A stretch of DNA of 63,798 nt, filler included, from Choristocarpus tenellus KU-1152 (lineage: Eukaryota > Protista > Phaeophyceae), in NCBI GenBank assembly GCA_964200185.2. It is 14 parts of 14 records of this genome, joined end to end, with 100 filler letters (N's around TTAATTAATTAA, not from the genome) between each part and the next. Parts side by side here need not be neighbours in the genome. Positions count along the whole stretch, not along the records: positions 61,046 to 63,798 come from CAXNAD020025039.1; 13 more parts are not named here. One strand, 5' to 3'. The position numbers were made by a program, and so were the translations under genes. The notes beneath the pieces are model-generated. The model was given only the letters and a program-made list of their open reading frames with translations, was not told the DNA's origin and did not search any database. Below, piece by piece: positions 61,101 through 63,798 of this stretch. Every line of letters begins with the position of its first letter. Positions within the stretch are counted from its first letter, which is position 1.

Positions 61101-61936
61101 CCATGTTCTCCTGGTGAAGATAGCCTCTTCTGGCGTCAAATCATCTTTAACAGCGCTGCTCGCGCGCGAAGCGTGCGCACTGACTACTTGGTTTAAGTAT
61201 GGGCCTGTATTTCTGACGATTACTGTAAGTTGGACAACCGAGACCCATCAACTAAGGTGAAGCATGCTGATGCGATTATAACAAAAGAATTTTCAAGAAA
61301 AAGACTGTTGTTGGCGAAAAGTTATGGCACCACAAAGTTGATGCAGTTGGCAACTGTCAATACTGTATGTCGATTGTCGTTGAACTGGTTCGGCAACCTT
61401 TTCCAAAAATTCAAGACCTGTCTAATCCTTGACGATAGTATAGTATACATTTTACTAACATACGAATTGAGGTTCTTTTGTTAGAACTTCGGTTCAATTA
61501 CAAGTATACTATCAAGGATAGGTTTGTGTAAGATCGTGTATCGTCTCTTTTCCACTAGGTCGTTTTCCAAAGGTGGATCTTTTATCTCTAAGATGCCACC
61601 ACCAAAGAAAAACGCCATACAATTAGTCGAAAAATATCCAGGACAACAAATTACAAATTCCTTCCCCAGTCCATTTTGTTGAAGTCCATTATGGCAACCA
61701 GAAGAATGGTCATGATCCTTAGCCACTTAACGGCAGCAGCAAGCACACCCTCGTACATTACATGCAGAAATGGTATAAAGTTATTTACAAAGGTAAATAT
61801 TGATGTTGTGGCACTGGTCTTGGGTTGTTGCATTGTGCTTTATACATAACTCTCACCGATATTTCAACGGCATCCCCTAGTCATTTCTGAATCACCCATT
61901 TCCATGTTCTGATCCTAATGGTAATACTTGATTCAG

Positions 61937-63484
61937 GTGTTTGGGTTTCCATCTGCTACCAGAAAAGTGTTGGGCCTACATGGCTACCTGGATAACACAG
62001 GAACTTTCGACCTGTTAGGTTCAACAATGGCAGAGGTAAGTAACGGAGGTAAGTAACGAAAGAGAGAGAGTAACATTTTTTGGAACGTTTAATTAAGCGT
62101 AGTGCGGTAGAGGATGATTATGTCTCTGAAGAGATGTTCGGGATTGGTTTCAGAGTTCACGCTTATCTTTTTCCTACTGGATGTTCAATGTCCAATGTAA
62201 ACGTTGCTCTCTTAAGTGGTACCCATTTCGCTCGTGTACATCGCTGCCAGGCTGACGTGCAGTTTGTGGCCATTGATTTCCCAGGACATGGCAAGTCAGC
62301 GCACATGGGAAAGGATGCGTGGTACGGGATGCTCGATTACCCTGAGTATGTTCTCGAGGCTGCCAGGTTAGCAGAGACACTTTGGAAGCATTTTATTTGG
62401 CCCACCCCCCAACCTAGTATCCATTGCATCCCATGAAATCTCCCAGTTACAGAGAAACAGAATATTACCCGTTAAGTGATAATACGAACCTTAACAAATG
62501 TTGTGCACTTTGATATATTGGGTATGATTTGTGTGATCAACTCTGGGTGTGCAAAACTATGGATAAGGTTACCTTTTCGCAGCTCGCTGGTTGCTTTGAT
62601 CGAATGACCTCATGACTAAAGCTCCTCATTGCAGTTATTTCGGCATCTAACTCAGGACTACAGGTGTGCGACCATTTACGTATCCGACTTTTTGCTAAAT
62701 TCTTAAAATCGCTCCCTTTGTACAGTGCGCTGGGCTGGAACAAGTTCACTTTGGTGGGGCATTCTATGGGTGCTGCAGTGGCATCGCTCGTTGCCTCGAG
62801 CTTCCCAGAGCTAGTGGAGCGCTGTGTCTTCATTGATACTCTTGGGCCAATAACAGTATCTCCAGCAATGGCTCCTAAGCACCTGCGACGAAGCATACAA
62901 TCCAGAGGTAGGGTGAGGTAAGGGACAGGTGATGTCCTCTGTCGTGTAGGAAATCGAGGCCGGGGTGTGATGGCAAGCTTGCGGTTGCTTACCACCTCTG
63001 TGTAATCACTTACTTCCCTACCACAGGATACCAAAGCTTAATCTAGTGTTACAATTTTCGTTAATCGTAGATCAAAGTAGTGTCTCCCAATTCTCAAAAA
63101 CCTTTATTTGGGGTCATATCTTTGATTGGCAGAGTGGACCTTTATGAATCTGTTGTATCAAGCTCCACTAGTATCTGCAGGCCTGTCCAAGTTTGTAGTA
63201 CTTCTACTGATAGAGGTTCCTAGTTGATGCGCGACGCACAGTTTGCTGAATTATGTGGAGTACCCATTTGCTGTTGCCAGCAACAGTCAATATCGATACA
63301 ACTGTCTGCCCTCTACACAACATTTGTGTACCTAGGTTGATACCCACAATGCCTCCCCTAGCATGATCCAAATTCCATGACTCAATGCCGCTAACAGGAG
63401 TGCTCCTGGAGAAATCGGCCAAGACTTACCCATCTTTTGAGGCGGCTGTGGAGCAACGTCTTCGAACTGTTGCTCTTTGGGGAG
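61937..63484 (+). CDS. Alpha/beta hydrolase, serine hydrolase-like (SERHL/kraken-type), partial multi-exon gene
   Basis: Exons 61937-62035 (VLGLHGYLDNTGTFD), 62251-62366 (VAIDFPGHGKSAH), 62726-62907 (LVGHSMGA nucleophile elbow ... VFID) and 63398-63484 (KTYPSFEAAVEQR). Introns are GT-AG with consistent phases 0,2,1. Start and end were not located. Confidence 0.92.
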
Positions 63485-63798
63485 GTGTGCTGCATTTTAG
63501 AGAATCTCTGCAAATATTTTCATGTTCTAAAGGCCATCGATCGAGTTCCTCTTGTTTCATTGCATCCATACACGCACTCACTCTACTTACTCACATGATC
63601 ATACACATAGTATACCACTCTTCTTGTCCTGTGTGTAAAGTGGGATGATAGGGTTGTAAGTCTTGGCATTTTTTTTTGCTCAGGCCACTCGCTGACAACC
63701 GTGCATGTGTTGGTTGCTGAACTTATGGCGGGGGGTTGGGGGGTGGGGGGGTCAGAAGATCAGTCACTGAGCAGGGATGGAGCAATATGCCTTGTTGC

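Overview
Eukaryotic nuclear DNA, very probably from a brown alga or close stramenopile relative. This is inferred from GT-AG multi-exon genes, TTAGGG/CCCTAA telomere-type repeats, a DIRS/Ngaro-type RT of the style seen in brown algae, and stramenopile surface-protein motifs. The window is a draft scaffold: 14 contig segments joined by 13 artificial 100-nt linkers (44 N + TTAATTAATTAA + 44 N). Most entries in the ORF track are spurious. By reading splice sites and checking exon phase I rebuilt four host genes the ORF track misses: a complete 5-exon ABA4-like/DUF4281 membrane protein (23715-26998, -), three phase-0 exons of a large surface protein (39499-40962, +), a secreted HExxHxxGxxH zinc metalloprotease (51494-53205, -) and a SERHL/kraken-like alpha/beta hydrolase (61937-63484, +). 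The rest is transposon debris: a DD39D-group mariner split by later insertions, Ty3/gypsy RT, Ty1/copia RT-RNase H, and one well-preserved plus one decayed DIRS/Ngaro element. There are also at least three related MITE families with 3-bp TSDs (PIF/Harbinger-like), a 31-bp-TIR MITE nested in a telomere-repeat-bearing inverted-repeat element, and a ~4.6-kb interrupted palindrome. Differences between repeat copies often fall at CpG sites (CG vs TG/CA), which implies cytosine methylation in this lineage. I found no CRISPR array, prophage, operon or rRNA, and I cannot support a wholly new multi-gene system.
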